Assembly (NCBI GenBank): GCA_036391995.1
Contig: DASVYU010000034.1
Location: 1 to 60,528, forward strand
Direction: 5' to 3'
Source of the DNA: Patescibacteria group bacterium
Lineage (GTDB): Bacteria; Patescibacteriota; Minisyncoccia; Moranbacterales; GWC2-37-73
DNA: 60,528 nt
The notes beneath the pieces were generated by a model. It saw nothing but the letters and a program-made list of their open reading frames with translations. It ran no database searches and was not told the DNA's origin. A program made the position numbers and the translations under genes. Below are positions 46,320-56,407 of this stretch, one piece after another. Positions within the stretch are counted from its first letter, which is position 1, and every line of letters starts with the position of its first letter.

Positions 46320-46541
46320 TTAGGGCAGCTGCGCTTCTTTCAGCGCCTCTGTGTCTATCGCAAGCATGATTTTTATAGTATCGGGAAATTTTTTCCGCAG
46401 ACGAGGATGGTCCTGAAAGATCATCTGCAAGCTTTGCATGCATATTTCAGTAGCTTCCGGATGATGCTGATGGTAATTTTGGTCAAGATTATCGCTCAAG
46501 TATTTCACCAGGACCGCTAGGTTTTCAAGGTTCTTTGACAT
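46320..46541 (-). CDS. Small hypothetical protein (73 aa)
   Basis: SD GGAGG upstream; operonic with 45894-46307. Confidence 0.65.
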   Translation of the reverse strand: MSKNLENLAVLVKYLSDNLDQNYHQHHPEATEICMQSLQMIFQDHPRLRKKFPDTIKIMLAIDTEALKEAQLP

Positions 46542-46662
46542 AACAATCCTCCCCTATGTTTTTTGGGATGCATATATATATCATAGCAGAATATGGGAAA
46601 AGGCAAGCTGCGTCAAGGCAGATGAACCCAAGGTTGATTAATATCTCTTTGTGCGTTAGGAT

Positions 46663-47238
46663 ATGGCTTATATGGAAAATATCAAATCAGCACAATTCGT
46701 GAAAGGCGTGATCGGCACAGATCCGCTTTTGGGGGACACTAGGCCGCAAATCGCATTTGTGGGCCGTTCCAACGTGGGCAAGTCCAGTGTGATAAATGCC
46801 CTGACAGGAGTGAAAGGTTTGGCAATCTCATCCTCCACGCCGGGGCGCACCTTGCAGCTCAATTTCTTTTTGGTAAATGGAAACACCTACTTCGTGGATT
46901 TGCCAGGCTATGGCTACTCCAAGACTTCTCTCAAGCAGGCTGAGAAGATGCGCCGCATGATCATGTGGTATTTGGAACAGAACGAATGCAAGCCTCAAAA
47001 AGTCGTGCTTATCATCGATGCCAATGTGGGACCGACCAAATTCGACATCGAAATGATGGAATTGCTCGAGGAGCATCAATATGAAGTCGTTGTGGTGGCT
47101 AACAAAGTGGATAAAATCAAAAGCAGCGAGTTGGTGAAAAAACAGCGCTCCATTGTGGAAAAGCTGGATACTGAAAATATAGTCTATTTTTCTTCCAAGA
47201 CAGGCAAGGGCAGACAGGAACTTTTGGGAGCCATTTGA
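46663..47238 (+). CDS. engB: Ribosome-biogenesis GTPase EngB/YihA/YsxC
   Basis: GRSNVGKS; SSTPGRT; DLPGYG; NKVD. Confidence 0.95.
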   Translation: MAYMENIKSAQFVKGVIGTDPLLGDTRPQIAFVGRSNVGKSSVINALTGVKGLAISSSTPGRTLQLNFFLVNGNTYFVDLPGYGYSKTSLKQAEKMRRMIMWYLEQNECKPQKVVLIIDANVGPTKFDIEMMELLEEHQYEVVVVANKVDKIKSSELVKKQRSIVEKLDTENIVYFSSKTGKGRQELLGAI

Positions 47239-47412
47239 AACAAAGATCATTGCATTGCGTATGAACTTTGAAGGCAAATAATGGTTCTTTTGAGAAAAAC
47301 AAACAGTCCGGAGAGCGGCTCTTTAGAAGGAAAATTTCTTCCCAAAGGAGAGCTGCCCAGCCGGCCACGTTTTGACCCCACTCGCTAAAAGAGTGGTTTT
47401 TTCAGCTCAATA

Positions 47413-47574
47413 TTGACAAGATGGACGTTTTTTGCTATATTTTGATGTAGCACTGAATGTATTGCTGCCCAGAAGGCAGCGTTTTAATTTGTTTATAATC
47501 GTAGACCTCATCTGTCCTGAGTACAGGACAGCTTCTCCTTGGAAAGGAGAAGAAAATAAGGACTAAAACTTTTT
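47413..47574 (+). promoter_or_regulatory. typA promoter and structured 5' leader
   Basis: TTGACA, 17 bp, TATATT; hairpins at 47464-80, 47512-31 and 47532-52. Confidence 0.55.
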
Positions 47575-49362
47575 ATGGAAATCAGAAACATAGCCATCAT
47601 CGCTCATGTGGACCATGGCAAAACGACACTGACGGATGCGATCATGAAGCAGACTGGCATGGTGGAAGAAGGAGTCAGCATGGACAACAACGCGCTCGAA
47701 CAGGAGCGCGGCATCACCATCTATGCCAAAAACACTTCCATTTTCTATCGTGACACTAAGATCAACATCGTAGACACTCCGGGACATGCCGACTTTGGAT
47801 CAGAAGTGGAACGCGTGCTGCGCTCCATTGATTCCGTGGTCTTGGTTGTTGATGCGCAAGAAGGGCCGATGCCTCAGACTCGCTTCGTACTCAAGAAATC
47901 CTTGGAGCTCGGACTCAAGCCTATGGTGGTCATCAACAAGATAGACAAACCGGCAGCTCAGCCTGACATCGTACAGGAACAAGTGTATGAACTCTTTTTG
48001 GATCTTGGAGCAACCGACGAGCAGCTGGATTTTACCACGCTTTATGCAATCGGACGCGAAGGCATTGCCAAGGAACATCTGACTGATGAATCCAGCAATC
48101 TGGAACCTCTGTTGGACATGATCCTTTTGAAAGTGCATCCAGCCAAGGCTGACAAGGATGCCCAGTTGCGCATGCAGCCTTTCAATCTGGGCTATGACAA
48201 CTTCTTGGGACGCTTAGCTGTAGGACGCATCCATGAAGGAACTATCAAGATGGGCGGCACATATGTGCTCAAGAAGATGGATGGCACGATTGAAAAATCC
48301 CGTGTGACCAAACTTTACTCTTTCAAGGGAACTGAAAGGGAAGAAGTGCAAGAAGCTTTTGCTGGTGACATCGTCATGGTGGCTGGTTTTCCGAAGATCG
48401 ACATCGGTGAGACGATTTGCGAAAGTGAAGATCAGGAAGCTTTGCCAGCGATCAACATCGACGAGCCGACAATCTCTTTGCGCTTCTTGGTCAATGATTC
48501 GCCGTTCGCAGGACGCGAAGGAAAATTCGTAACGAACAAGCAGATCCGCGAAAGACTGGAAAAGGAATTGGAAGTGAATGTGGGACTCAAGATCGATTTT
48601 TCCTCATCTGAATATTACATGGTTTATGGTCGTGGAGAATTGCACATTGCGGTGCTGCTTGAAAACATGCGCCGAGAGGGATATGAAATCCAGGTCTCGC
48701 AGCCTCAGGTTATCATCAAGGAAATAGACGGCGTGAAGAGTGAGCCGTTTGAGGAAGTGACTGTGGATGTGCCGAGCGAATTGGCTGGAACGGTTATTGA
48801 AACTCTGGGCAAAAGAAAAGGTATCATGACTGATATGCAGATTCATGGCTCGCAGACGCGTCTGCTTTTCGAAGCGCCAACGCGTGGTATGTTGGGTTAT
48901 CGCGGACAGTTCGTGGTGGACACCAAAGGCGAAGGTATTATGTCTTCTCGCGTGATCGGTTTCAAGCCGTATGTCGGAGACATCAAGAAACGCGAAGTGG
49001 GATCCATGATCTCGAATGGTACTGGAAAAGCTTTGGGATTCTCTTTGGCCAATCTTCAGGAGCGCGGCGTGCTCTATATTCCTGCTGCTACTGAAGTATA
49101 CGAGGGACAGGTGATTGGTAATGTATCCAAGGGTGAAGAGATGACCGTGAATCCTCTCAAGGGCAAGCAGCTCACCAACATGCGCGCCAGCGGAACTGAT
49201 GATGCGATCAACTTGACTCCACCGTGGGAACTTTCCATCGAGCGCGGATTGGAAATCATCAACGATGACGAATATCTGGAAGTCACCCCGCAGTCTGTTC
49301 GTCTCAGAAAGCAATTCCTTAAGGAAACAGACCGCGTAAAGGCAGCAAGAAAGAAAAACTAG
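47575..49362 (+). CDS. typA: Translational GTPase TypA/BipA
   Basis: AHVDHGKTT; ERGITI; DTPGHADF; NKID; GRGELH; [11 protein letters not shown]. Confidence 0.97.
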   Translation: MEIRNIAIIAHVDHGKTTLTDAIMKQTGMVEEGVSMDNNALEQERGITIYAKNTSIFYRDTKINIVDTPGHADFGSEVERVLRSIDSVVLVVDAQEGPMPQTRFVLKKSLELGLKPMVVINKIDKPAAQPDIVQEQVYELFLDLGATDEQLDFTTLYAIGREGIAKEHLTDESSNLEPLLDMILLKVHPAKADKDAQLRMQPFNLGYDNFLGRLAVGRIHEGTIKMGGTYVLKKMDGTIEKSRVTKLYSFKGTEREEVQEAFAGDIVMVAGFPKIDIGETICESEDQEALPAINIDEPTISLRFLVNDSPFAGREGKFVTNKQIRERLEKELEVNVGLKIDFSSSEYYMVYGRGELHIAVLLENMRREGYEIQVSQPQVIIKEIDGVKSEPFEEVTVDVPSELAGTVIETLGKRKGIMTDMQIHGSQTRLLFEAPTRGMLGYRGQFVVDTKGEGIMSSRVIGFKPYVGDIKKREVGSMISNGTGKALGFSLANLQERGVLYIPAATEVYEGQVIGNVSKGEEMTVNPLKGKQLTNMRASGTDDAINLTPPWELSIERGLEIINDDEYLEVTPQSVRLRKQFLKETDRVKAARKKN

Positions 49363-49395
49363 CTTATAGCTTCATTAGCTGCATTAGCTTTTAGG

Positions 49396-49424
49396 AAAAA
49401 TCCCGGCATAAAGTCGGGATTTTT
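49396..49424 (+). terminator. typA terminator
   Basis: AAAAATCCCGGC / GTCGGGATTTTT. Confidence 0.75.
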
Positions 49425-49515
49425 TGTTACGTAGCAAGGTACGTAACACTTTAATGTAAGATTATACACTTACAATGCGGCCGTAGATTAAGTGTATAAA
49501 ATATCTTTTCCCCTC

Positions 49516-49559
49516 AAAGAGTGTCAATTTGTTGCATATGCGTATTTTTGACACTCTTT
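49516..49559. repeat. Variant of the 32-bp palindrome
   Basis: TGTCA-N5-TTGCATATGCGT-N5-TGACA inside the 12-bp IR AAAGAGTGTCAA / TTGACACTCTTT. Confidence 0.65.
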
Positions 49560-49588
49560 TGTTTTCTCGGTTTTTTGTATTTGATCAT

Positions 49589-49628
49589 ATCGTCTCAAGA
49601 TATTGCAATTGCGTAATTTTGAGACGAT
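49589..49628. repeat. Palindrome copy 5
   Basis: ATCG-TCTCA-AGATA-TTGCAATTGCGT-AATTT-TGAGA-CGAT. Confidence 0.8.
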
Positions 49629-49686
49629 TTTTTTGTGGCATTTTGTGAAACAAAAAACCAAGGCTATGCTTGGCTGAAAAAGATGC

Positions 49687-49718
49687 GAGCCCCGACGCTG
49701 CGATGCAGGTCGGGGCTC
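49687..49718 (-). terminator. Terminator of the 49766-50206 gene
   Basis: GAGCCCCGAC / GTCGGGGCTC. Confidence 0.65.
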
Positions 49719-49765
49719 TTGAGGTTGTGGAGAATTACTGGGCGGCGTAGGGTGTCGATGTGATT

Positions 49766-50206
49766 TTACCCGGCGCCGGAAGTCTCGCTGGAATTCTTCT
49801 TGGCCTTGTTTGGCTGGAGGCAGCTGACATTTGTGGCAGTTGCTTTGCTTCCTCCGTTTCCGAACTGCACTGCGTGGCCGTTTACCATTGCAAAAGAGGA
49901 AGCGGGTTGTACGAAACAGATTTTCTCACTCCTCAAAGGGGTCACCTCGCTTCGGGTCGTCGCGGCCAGGATGGGCGTAATCCCTTTTTCACGCCGGTTG
50001 ATGTTCGAGGCAATCGCAATTCCATCCCCATTGGGGCGAGAAGTGGCGATCGCCGGCATCTGTACTTCGGGTGTTACCATGGCGGGGTAAAGTGCTGTGA
50101 GGGACTGCACCGATGCGGTCCCGTCGCGGGCGAGGGCCAAGGGCGATGCGAGTGCTCCGAGCCCGATGGACAGAGCCAGTGCAAGCAGAGTCAGCAATGT
50201 CTTCAT
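49766..50206 (-). CDS. Secreted hypothetical protein (146 aa)
   Basis: SD AAAGGAG; signal peptide MKTLLTLLALALSIGLGALASPLALA. Confidence 0.75.
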   Translation of the reverse strand: MKTLLTLLALALSIGLGALASPLALARDGTASVQSLTALYPAMVTPEVQMPAIATSRPNGDGIAIASNINRREKGITPILAATTRSEVTPLRSEKICFVQPASSFAMVNGHAVQFGNGGSKATATNVSCLQPNKAKKNSSETSGAG

Positions 50207-50541
50207 GTTGGCTCCTTTGCGTGTTGGGCCCCTGTTTGATTCTTTCTCCTTTCTCCACGTGCGGGGCGTTGTTGTGGGTATTTAAGAACTGGTTGCTGCC
50301 ATTATATATGGATTATTTTGGATATGCAATAGTTGCGGTTAAAAAACAAAAACAGGCCTAAAAGACCTGTTTTTGTTTACCCTAAAGAACTGAAGAACTT
50401 TTCAAAACATTTGCTTTCCAATTTGTTTTAATTGCTAGCGTCGTTTTGTTTTTGTGCGATGCGTTGCACCGGTGCCGCTTATCTTGGGGCACGGGGTATA
50501 CTACGTTGCGACACAAAATGTTCTTTCAATATTTTTTTTAT

Positions 50542-50934
50542 TTAATTTTTTGTGGTAACTTCTTTGGTTGAAGAAACGTCGGAGAATTTTTCGCCGTTCT
50601 TGTTCTTCTTTACTTGTACGCTGAAATCATATTTCGCGTTAGCTGAAAGACCTTTGAGAGTCACCGTGGCATCTCCGTTGGAATCTAGTGTTTTCACGAA
50701 AGTTTTGGTCTTCGTTTTTCCGTTTTTCTCGTTGGTAAAGGTAATCTTGATCTTCACTTGCGTGTTTTTGAGACTGGTGTCTTCCACTGGAATGGAAATG
50801 GAGGTCCTGGTTTCGCTGATGCCCGATTTGATAGCAGGCTTTTCTGCAGCCATTACTGGCAGAATCAGTCCGCTAGCTCCAATTGTCAGGGTTATGCCTG
50901 AGATAGCCAGGGCTTTTCTTACGGTTTGTTTCAT
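50542..50934 (-). CDS. Secreted protein with FN3/Ig-like domain (probable start 50934)
   Basis: Signal peptide; beta-rich; LKGLSANAKYDFSVQ resembles the FN3 L.P...Y strand. Confidence 0.75.
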   Translation of the reverse strand: MKQTVRKALAISGITLTIGASGLILPVMAAEKPAIKSGISETRTSISIPVEDTSLKNTQVKIKITFTNEKNGKTKTKTFVKTLDSNGDATVTLKGLSANAKYDFSVQVKKNKNGEKFSDVSSTKEVTTKN

Positions 50935-51087
50935 AGTTGGCATTTTAAGAATTAAATGCATTTTTTGTGCGCACACCCTGTGATACGCACTTGTAATATA
51001 TTTCATTCATGTACGTATTCACAATATATGGAATGATTCGAATAAGATTAATTTTTATCTTTATGGAATTTGGAGTATAATTTCAGC

Positions 51088-51900
51088 ATGCCAAAAAAGA
51101 AAATGGAAAAAGAAAAAATAATCAGCATAGAAAATCTCTACAAGAAATTCGATGGTTTCACTGCGGTCAGTGGGATTTCTTTTGAAGTTGAAAGAGGGGA
51201 AATATTCGCTTTTCTGGGTCCTAATGGTGCAGGCAAGACAACGACCATCAAGATTTTGACGACGCTTCTCAAACCCACAAGCGGTAAAATAAGAATAGAT
51301 GGACATGATCCATCTGAGAATCAACATGAAGTGCGCAAGACTTTCGGGATTGTTTTTCAGGATCCGAGTCTGGATGACGAGCTGACTGCCTACGAGAACA
51401 TGGAATTCCATGCTGTGCTTTATGGTGTGCCAAGGAAAACATATAAGCAGCGTATTAAGCAGCTTTTGGAAATCGTGGAGCTTTGGGATCGCAAAGACAG
51501 CTTGGTGAAGGAATTTTCCGGCGGTATGAAGAGGCGCTTGGAAATTGCGCGTGGTTTGGTGCATCATCCCAAGATCCTTTATTTGGATGAGCCGACCGTG
51601 GGTCTGGATCCGCAGACACGCAATCACATCTGGAACTACATCAAAGAGCTCAACAGGAAGGAAAAAATTACGGTGTTCCTCACAACGCACTACATGGAAG
51701 AAGCGGAGAAGATGGCCCACAGGATCGCTATCATGGATCATGGCAAGATAATCGCTGAAGGCAATGCTGAGCAACTCAAGAAACAAACCAAGACAGCGTC
51801 ATTGGAAGATGCCTTCTTGGCTCTTACAGGCAAGGTAATCCGTGAGCAGAAAGCGGAAAAAGGCGCCCGAATGAGACGTTTTCATGGCGCAAGAAGATAG
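51088..51900 (+). CDS. ABC transporter ATP-binding protein (DrrA-like)
   Basis: GPNGAGKTT; FSGGMKRR; LYLDEPT; TTHYMEEA. Confidence 0.95.
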   Translation: MPKKKMEKEKIISIENLYKKFDGFTAVSGISFEVERGEIFAFLGPNGAGKTTTIKILTTLLKPTSGKIRIDGHDPSENQHEVRKTFGIVFQDPSLDDELTAYENMEFHAVLYGVPRKTYKQRIKQLLEIVELWDRKDSLVKEFSGGMKRRLEIARGLVHHPKILYLDEPTVGLDPQTRNHIWNYIKELNRKEKITVFLTTHYMEEAEKMAHRIAIMDHGKIIAEGNAEQLKKQTKTASLEDAFLALTGKVIREQKAEKGARMRRFHGARR

Positions 51901-51954
51901 GGAAGACCTCATTCGTCCCTTGGGCGCTTTATCCTCAAAAAGGAGGAGAGAGTA

Positions 51955-52716
51955 ATGAAGAACAATCATATGCAAGCAATATATATTCTTTGGCTGAGAC
52001 AACTTAAAAGATATTTGCGCTCCAGGGCGCGCATCGTCGGCTCTTTGGGTCAACCGCTGCTTTTTCTGGTTGCTTTAGGTTTCGGTTTTGGTCCGATCTA
52101 TCAAAAAGCAGGTGGGGGAAATTATATTCAATTCTTGGCGCCGGGTGTTATTGCTATGGGTGTTCTTTTTACGGCCATCTTTTCTGGCATTGAAGTCATT
52201 TGGGATAGGCAATTCGGCTTTCTGAAGGAGACGCTGGTGGCACCAGTCTCGCGTTTGCAGATCATGTTAGGTAGGACTTTGGGCGGAGCAACGGTGGCAA
52301 CCATTCAAGGTCTCATTGTTTTGATTATCTCGACTTTGGTCGGCTTTCGTCCTGTGAATCCTTGGATGATTCCCTTGGCTTTGCTGGCGATATTTTTGAT
52401 AGCCCTGCTTTTTACGGCTCTGGGAACTGCCATCGCTTCTGTTTTGGAGGATATGCAAGGCTTCCAGCTTATTATGAATTTTTTGGTGATGCCGCTCTTC
52501 TTCCTATCAGGTTCGCTTTTTCCTTTGGACAGTGCGCCTAAAATTTTGGGTATCATTGCCAGATTTGATCCGCTTACCTATGGCATAGATGCGCTGCGCG
52601 GAACGCTTATCAATGCTGCGCATATCGGAGTAGCGCATGATTTTGCCGTCTTAACCATTTGCGTGGCTATTTTTCTGGCGATCGGCAGCTATCTTTTTTC
52701 CAAAATAGAGATATAG
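51955..52716 (+). CDS. ABC-2 type permease
   Basis: DRQFGFLKETLVAP; PLFFLSGSLFP; DPLTYGIDALR. Confidence 0.93.
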   Translation: MKNNHMQAIYILWLRQLKRYLRSRARIVGSLGQPLLFLVALGFGFGPIYQKAGGGNYIQFLAPGVIAMGVLFTAIFSGIEVIWDRQFGFLKETLVAPVSRLQIMLGRTLGGATVATIQGLIVLIISTLVGFRPVNPWMIPLALLAIFLIALLFTALGTAIASVLEDMQGFQLIMNFLVMPLFFLSGSLFPLDSAPKILGIIARFDPLTYGIDALRGTLINAAHIGVAHDFAVLTICVAIFLAIGSYLFSKIEI

Positions 52717-52782
52717 AAAATATTGCAATTATTGCCTGAGGAGTTTTGTAATATAGGAATAACAAGCTTTAACACAAGCAAT

Positions 52783-53172
52783 ATGGGTAAGATAATCACA
52801 GCTGTGATAGTAGTTATCTTGATAGCGCTGGGCATATATTATATTTATGGCAGGGGAAGCTATCCCTATCAGCAGCCAGCCGCGCAGCAACCTGCTTTGG
52901 AGCAATCCGCAATCTCTTCTGGGCAAAATCAGGGAGTTTCTGTTACGATAAAAAATTTCTCCTTCAGTCCCGCTTCGCTGACCATCAAAGCTGGCACAAC
53001 GGTGGTTTGGACAAACCAGGATTCCGTTGCGCATACCGTTACATTCGCATCCTTTGATTCAGGAAATATTGCTCCAGGGCAAACATTCAAGCATACTTTC
53101 ACAGCAAATGGAACGTTCAGCTACCATTGCGGCATTCATCCTGGCATGATTGGCACGATCGTTGTTCAATAA
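52783..53172 (+). CDS. Cupredoxin (plastocyanin/azurin-like) with N-terminal anchor; probable start 52783
   Basis: FSPASL...GTTVVWTN...HTV; YHCGIHPGM type-1 Cu site. Confidence 0.9.
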   Translation: MGKIITAVIVVILIALGIYYIYGRGSYPYQQPAAQQPALEQSAISSGQNQGVSVTIKNFSFSPASLTIKAGTTVVWTNQDSVAHTVTFASFDSGNIAPGQTFKHTFTANGTFSYHCGIHPGMIGTIVVQ

Positions 53173-53234
53173 TTTTTTTCCAAGTTGATACATGGAAGCA
53201 GAGGGCGCCTCACTCTTTGTTTCTTGGCAAACCT

Positions 53235-53462
53235 ATGGTGCACACCCTGGCTTATACGCTTGTTTTCGGCAAGCCGCTGGTTATGTATATGGGAATCGCG
53301 ACCCTATTTCTTTTTCTGTGTGCCGCGACCATTCCGCTGCTAACCGATGTTTTCCAAGTGCATGTTGTGCCGTTTCGTTGGCATCCGCGGATCGCAATCA
53401 CAGCATTGGTTTTCGGCGTTCTGCATGGCATCTTGGGGCTTTCGCTTTATTTAAATTTTTAG
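53235..53462 (+). CDS. Small membrane protein (75 aa)
   Basis: Two TM segments with His residues (RWHP, VLHG). Confidence 0.65.
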   Translation: MVHTLAYTLVFGKPLVMYMGIATLFLFLCAATIPLLTDVFQVHVVPFRWHPRIAITALVFGVLHGILGLSLYLNF

Positions 53463-53507
53463 AAACAAAAAACAGCCCTAGGGCTGTTTTGTTTGAAACT
53501 TTGCCGG

Positions 53508-54248
53508 TTAGAAATACTTTTTAACCCTTACGAAATCATTGGCTAGTTCTGGATGACAAGCGATTTCTAATGTGCCTTCCGGCAGATTGTTCAAAAACTT
53601 GTCTACATTTTTGATCCAATCCAGGCTTATGAGTGAATTGGAAGAAACGCATCCTGAGCGCAAACAAGCTTTCATGTTGATGATTCTGAGCCAGTGCAGG
53701 ATATGCGCTACCATCGTGTGGTGAGGCATGGAGACGCTGTCTCCGAAACGGATATAGGGAATGGAATAGTCGTTTTGCATTGCTAGGGCAATCTTGAAAA
53801 AAGGTGGGAAAAAGTGCACATGTTCGTGAGAATTGATGCCATCCGGATATTTGCCGAAAATATCATGGAATTTCTCGATCTGATTTTTCCAATCGGCAGC
53901 TACTTTTTTTGAAGAGAGCTTTCTGGTTAGGATATCGGTTATGAATTCCAAGACTCTCTTGGATGAACTGGTGCGTTTCCTGCGATTGTCATGAAATTCA
54001 TTCAGGATATCCAAGTGGATGTCGATTTTTACTCCGCTGCGCATGAGTTCATCAACTTCCTTTTCGGATATTTGCCCGTGGACCATGACTGAAACGCGAT
54101 CCAGTTTGCCTAAATCTACCAAATAAAGAATGTTGCGATTGGCGCGCGGACTCACGCCGAAATCATCAGCAGCCACAGAAATGCGGCTCCTGTGCGAGTT
54201 ATAATAACCATCCAAAGGCGTTTCCATATATTTTTGCGATTCCGACAA
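53508..54248 (-). CDS. ChbG/YdjC-family carbohydrate deacetylase
   Basis: ADDFG; IHL; DGINSHEHVHF; EIACHP. Confidence 0.88.
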   Translation of the reverse strand: MSESQKYMETPLDGYYNSHRSRISVAADDFGVSPRANRNILYLVDLGKLDRVSVMVHGQISEKEVDELMRSGVKIDIHLDILNEFHDNRRKRTSSSKRVLEFITDILTRKLSSKKVAADWKNQIEKFHDIFGKYPDGINSHEHVHFFPPFFKIALAMQNDYSIPYIRFGDSVSMPHHTMVAHILHWLRIINMKACLRSGCVSSNSLISLDWIKNVDKFLNNLPEGTLEIACHPELANDFVRVKKYF

Positions 54249-54343
54249 ACTGCTTAATTTTGAGCAAATTTTGCTACATGGTATAATTTTATCAAATTAA
54301 CGCGCAAAATCAACGCCAAGGGCATTGATATTGCGGAAAACAT

Positions 54344-55405
54344 ATGCAGCTAAAAAATTATAACGTCTATTTCTTTTTCGCAGTCCTGGTTTTTGTCAGT
54401 GTGATTACGTTTTTCATTTTCCAGCCTTTTTTGATGGCTATTGTCTTGGCTGCGATTTTGGCCACGCTTTTCCATGGCATGTATGGATTCTTGCTGAGAA
54501 TCACAAGGCAACATGAAGGCTTGAGCGCGCTTTTGACTTCTGTGGTTGCCCTTTTGGTGTTTGTAATTCCACTAACTGTTGTTATTGGTCTTGTCAGTAG
54601 CGAAATCATGACAGCTTATAATAATTCCATGGCGACAGGGGATTTTTATCAGCGCTCAATTGCTCCAATCGTGAACAAATTCGAGGCTTCAGGTCTGTAC
54701 AAAACTCCGCTGGCTCAGCAAGCCTTAAGCAAGGATGCTTTCACGCAATATTCTTCCCAAGCGGGAAAATTTCTGCTTTCGGTTGCTCAAAGCACTTACC
54801 AAAGCATAGCCAATCTCCTATTTCTTATTTTTGTGACATTCTTCTCTCTCTATTATTTCCTGAAAGATGGAAAAAAATTGGTGGAGAAGATTATGTACAT
54901 CAGTCCTCTTAAAAATGCTCATGAAAAATTGCTGCTGGAAAAATTCACCTCTATCAGCTTGGCTACAGTCAAGGGTTCTCTGGCGATCGCCGTGGTGGAG
55001 GGAGTGATCGGCGCTGTGGCTTTCCGCATTGGAGGCATTCCTTCGGTTGCGACTTGGGGCGTGGCAATCGGACTTTTTTCGCTGATTCCTTTGGTGGGAA
55101 GCGGCATTATCTGGATGCCTGCCGCTTTAATATTGCTGCTTACCGGCCATATTTGGCAGGGAATTTTCTTAGTGGCCATCGGCTTTGGAATCTTGTCTAC
55201 TATTGATAATGTCCTTAGGCCGCGCTTTGTGGGAAAAAATGTGCAGCTGCATCCTTTGCTGGTGTTTTTCGCGACCTTGGGAGGCTTGACGATGTTTGGT
55301 CCGATCGGGTTCATTGTTGGTCCGATCGTGGTTGCACTTTTTGTTTCGCTGTGGGATATTTATGGGGTAGAATTCAGGACGCAGCTAAAAAAATACAATG
55401 TTTGA
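54344..55405 (+). CDS. AI-2E family transporter
   Basis: FFSLYYFLKDG; LIPLVGS; IDNVLRP; HPLLVFFATLGG...GFIVGP. Confidence 0.92.
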   Translation: MQLKNYNVYFFFAVLVFVSVITFFIFQPFLMAIVLAAILATLFHGMYGFLLRITRQHEGLSALLTSVVALLVFVIPLTVVIGLVSSEIMTAYNNSMATGDFYQRSIAPIVNKFEASGLYKTPLAQQALSKDAFTQYSSQAGKFLLSVAQSTYQSIANLLFLIFVTFFSLYYFLKDGKKLVEKIMYISPLKNAHEKLLLEKFTSISLATVKGSLAIAVVEGVIGAVAFRIGGIPSVATWGVAIGLFSLIPLVGSGIIWMPAALILLLTGHIWQGIFLVAIGFGILSTIDNVLRPRFVGKNVQLHPLLVFFATLGGLTMFGPIGFIVGPIVVALFVSLWDIYGVEFRTQLKKYNV

Positions 55406-56261
55406 TTGGTATCAACATATTCCAAGCCATATTGATCCGGTCGCCATTGCGATCGGTTCTTTTTCTGTCCGCTGGTACGGCTTGTCATATCTGACGGGCT
55501 TGATTGTCGTTCTGGGACTTTTGCTTTGGAGGATAAAGAAAGGCGAATCGGATCATTTGCTGGCTGAAAACAAGAATTTTGGAAATCAGGCGCTGAAGAA
55601 AAAACTTGCTGATGTGACTTTTGATCTTATTTTGGTGGTTTTTTTTGCGGCCTTGATCGGTGGAAGGTTGGGGTATGTGATTTTCTACAATCCTGCTTTT
55701 TTCTTTGCTCATCCTCTGGCTATCGTTTCGCCCTATGACAGCGCGAGCGGTTTGCTGATAGGAATATACGGCATGAGTTATCATGGCGCCTTGTTGGGCG
55801 CCTTGTTTGGTGGCTGGGCATATGCCAAAAGAAGGAAGCTCGATTTTTTGCGCTGGGCTGATTTTTTGGTGAGTGCTTTGCCGCTTGGTTATTTTTTTGG
55901 GCGCATCGGCAATTTTCTCAACGGTGAACTTTATGGGCGTGCGACTTATTCTCCTTTGGGAATGTATTTTGTGAATGATCCGAAGGTGCTGCGTCACCCT
56001 TCGCAGCTCTACGAAGCAGTGTTGGAAGGTCTGGTCATTTTTTGCGTGCTTTGGCTGCTGCGTAACGGGACGCAAAAACCTGGTTTGCTGCTGAATCTTT
56101 ATATTATTTTATATGCCTGTGCCAGAATAATTGCTGAGCAGTGGCGCCAACCTGATCCGCAACTCGGTTTTTTGATGTTTGGTTTGACTATGGGGCAATT
56201 GCTCTCCATCCTCATGTTTCTTGTTGGAGCTATTTTTTTCTTTAAAGTAAGGAAAAAATAA
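55398..56261 (+). CDS. lgt: Prolipoprotein diacylglyceryl transferase
   Basis: VRWYG; GGRLGY; GMSYHG; GRIGNFLNGELYGR; HPSQLYE. Confidence 0.96.
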   Translation: MFDWYQHIPSHIDPVAIAIGSFSVRWYGLSYLTGLIVVLGLLLWRIKKGESDHLLAENKNFGNQALKKKLADVTFDLILVVFFAALIGGRLGYVIFYNPAFFFAHPLAIVSPYDSASGLLIGIYGMSYHGALLGALFGGWAYAKRRKLDFLRWADFLVSALPLGYFFGRIGNFLNGELYGRATYSPLGMYFVNDPKVLRHPSQLYEAVLEGLVIFCVLWLLRNGTQKPGLLLNLYIILYACARIIAEQWRQPDPQLGFLMFGLTMGQLLSILMFLVGAIFFFKVRKK

Positions 56262-56407
56262 TTTCTGATATTGCTAAAAATAAATCGGCTGTGAATAAAT
56301 TTCTTTCTTGAAAGTGTCACGTGTGATATAGTGTACATGACGCGTGCTTGAGATGTGGCAGCAAAAATGAAAAAAGAAGCGCGTCGTTGATTCTTTGAAT
56401 CTATCAA

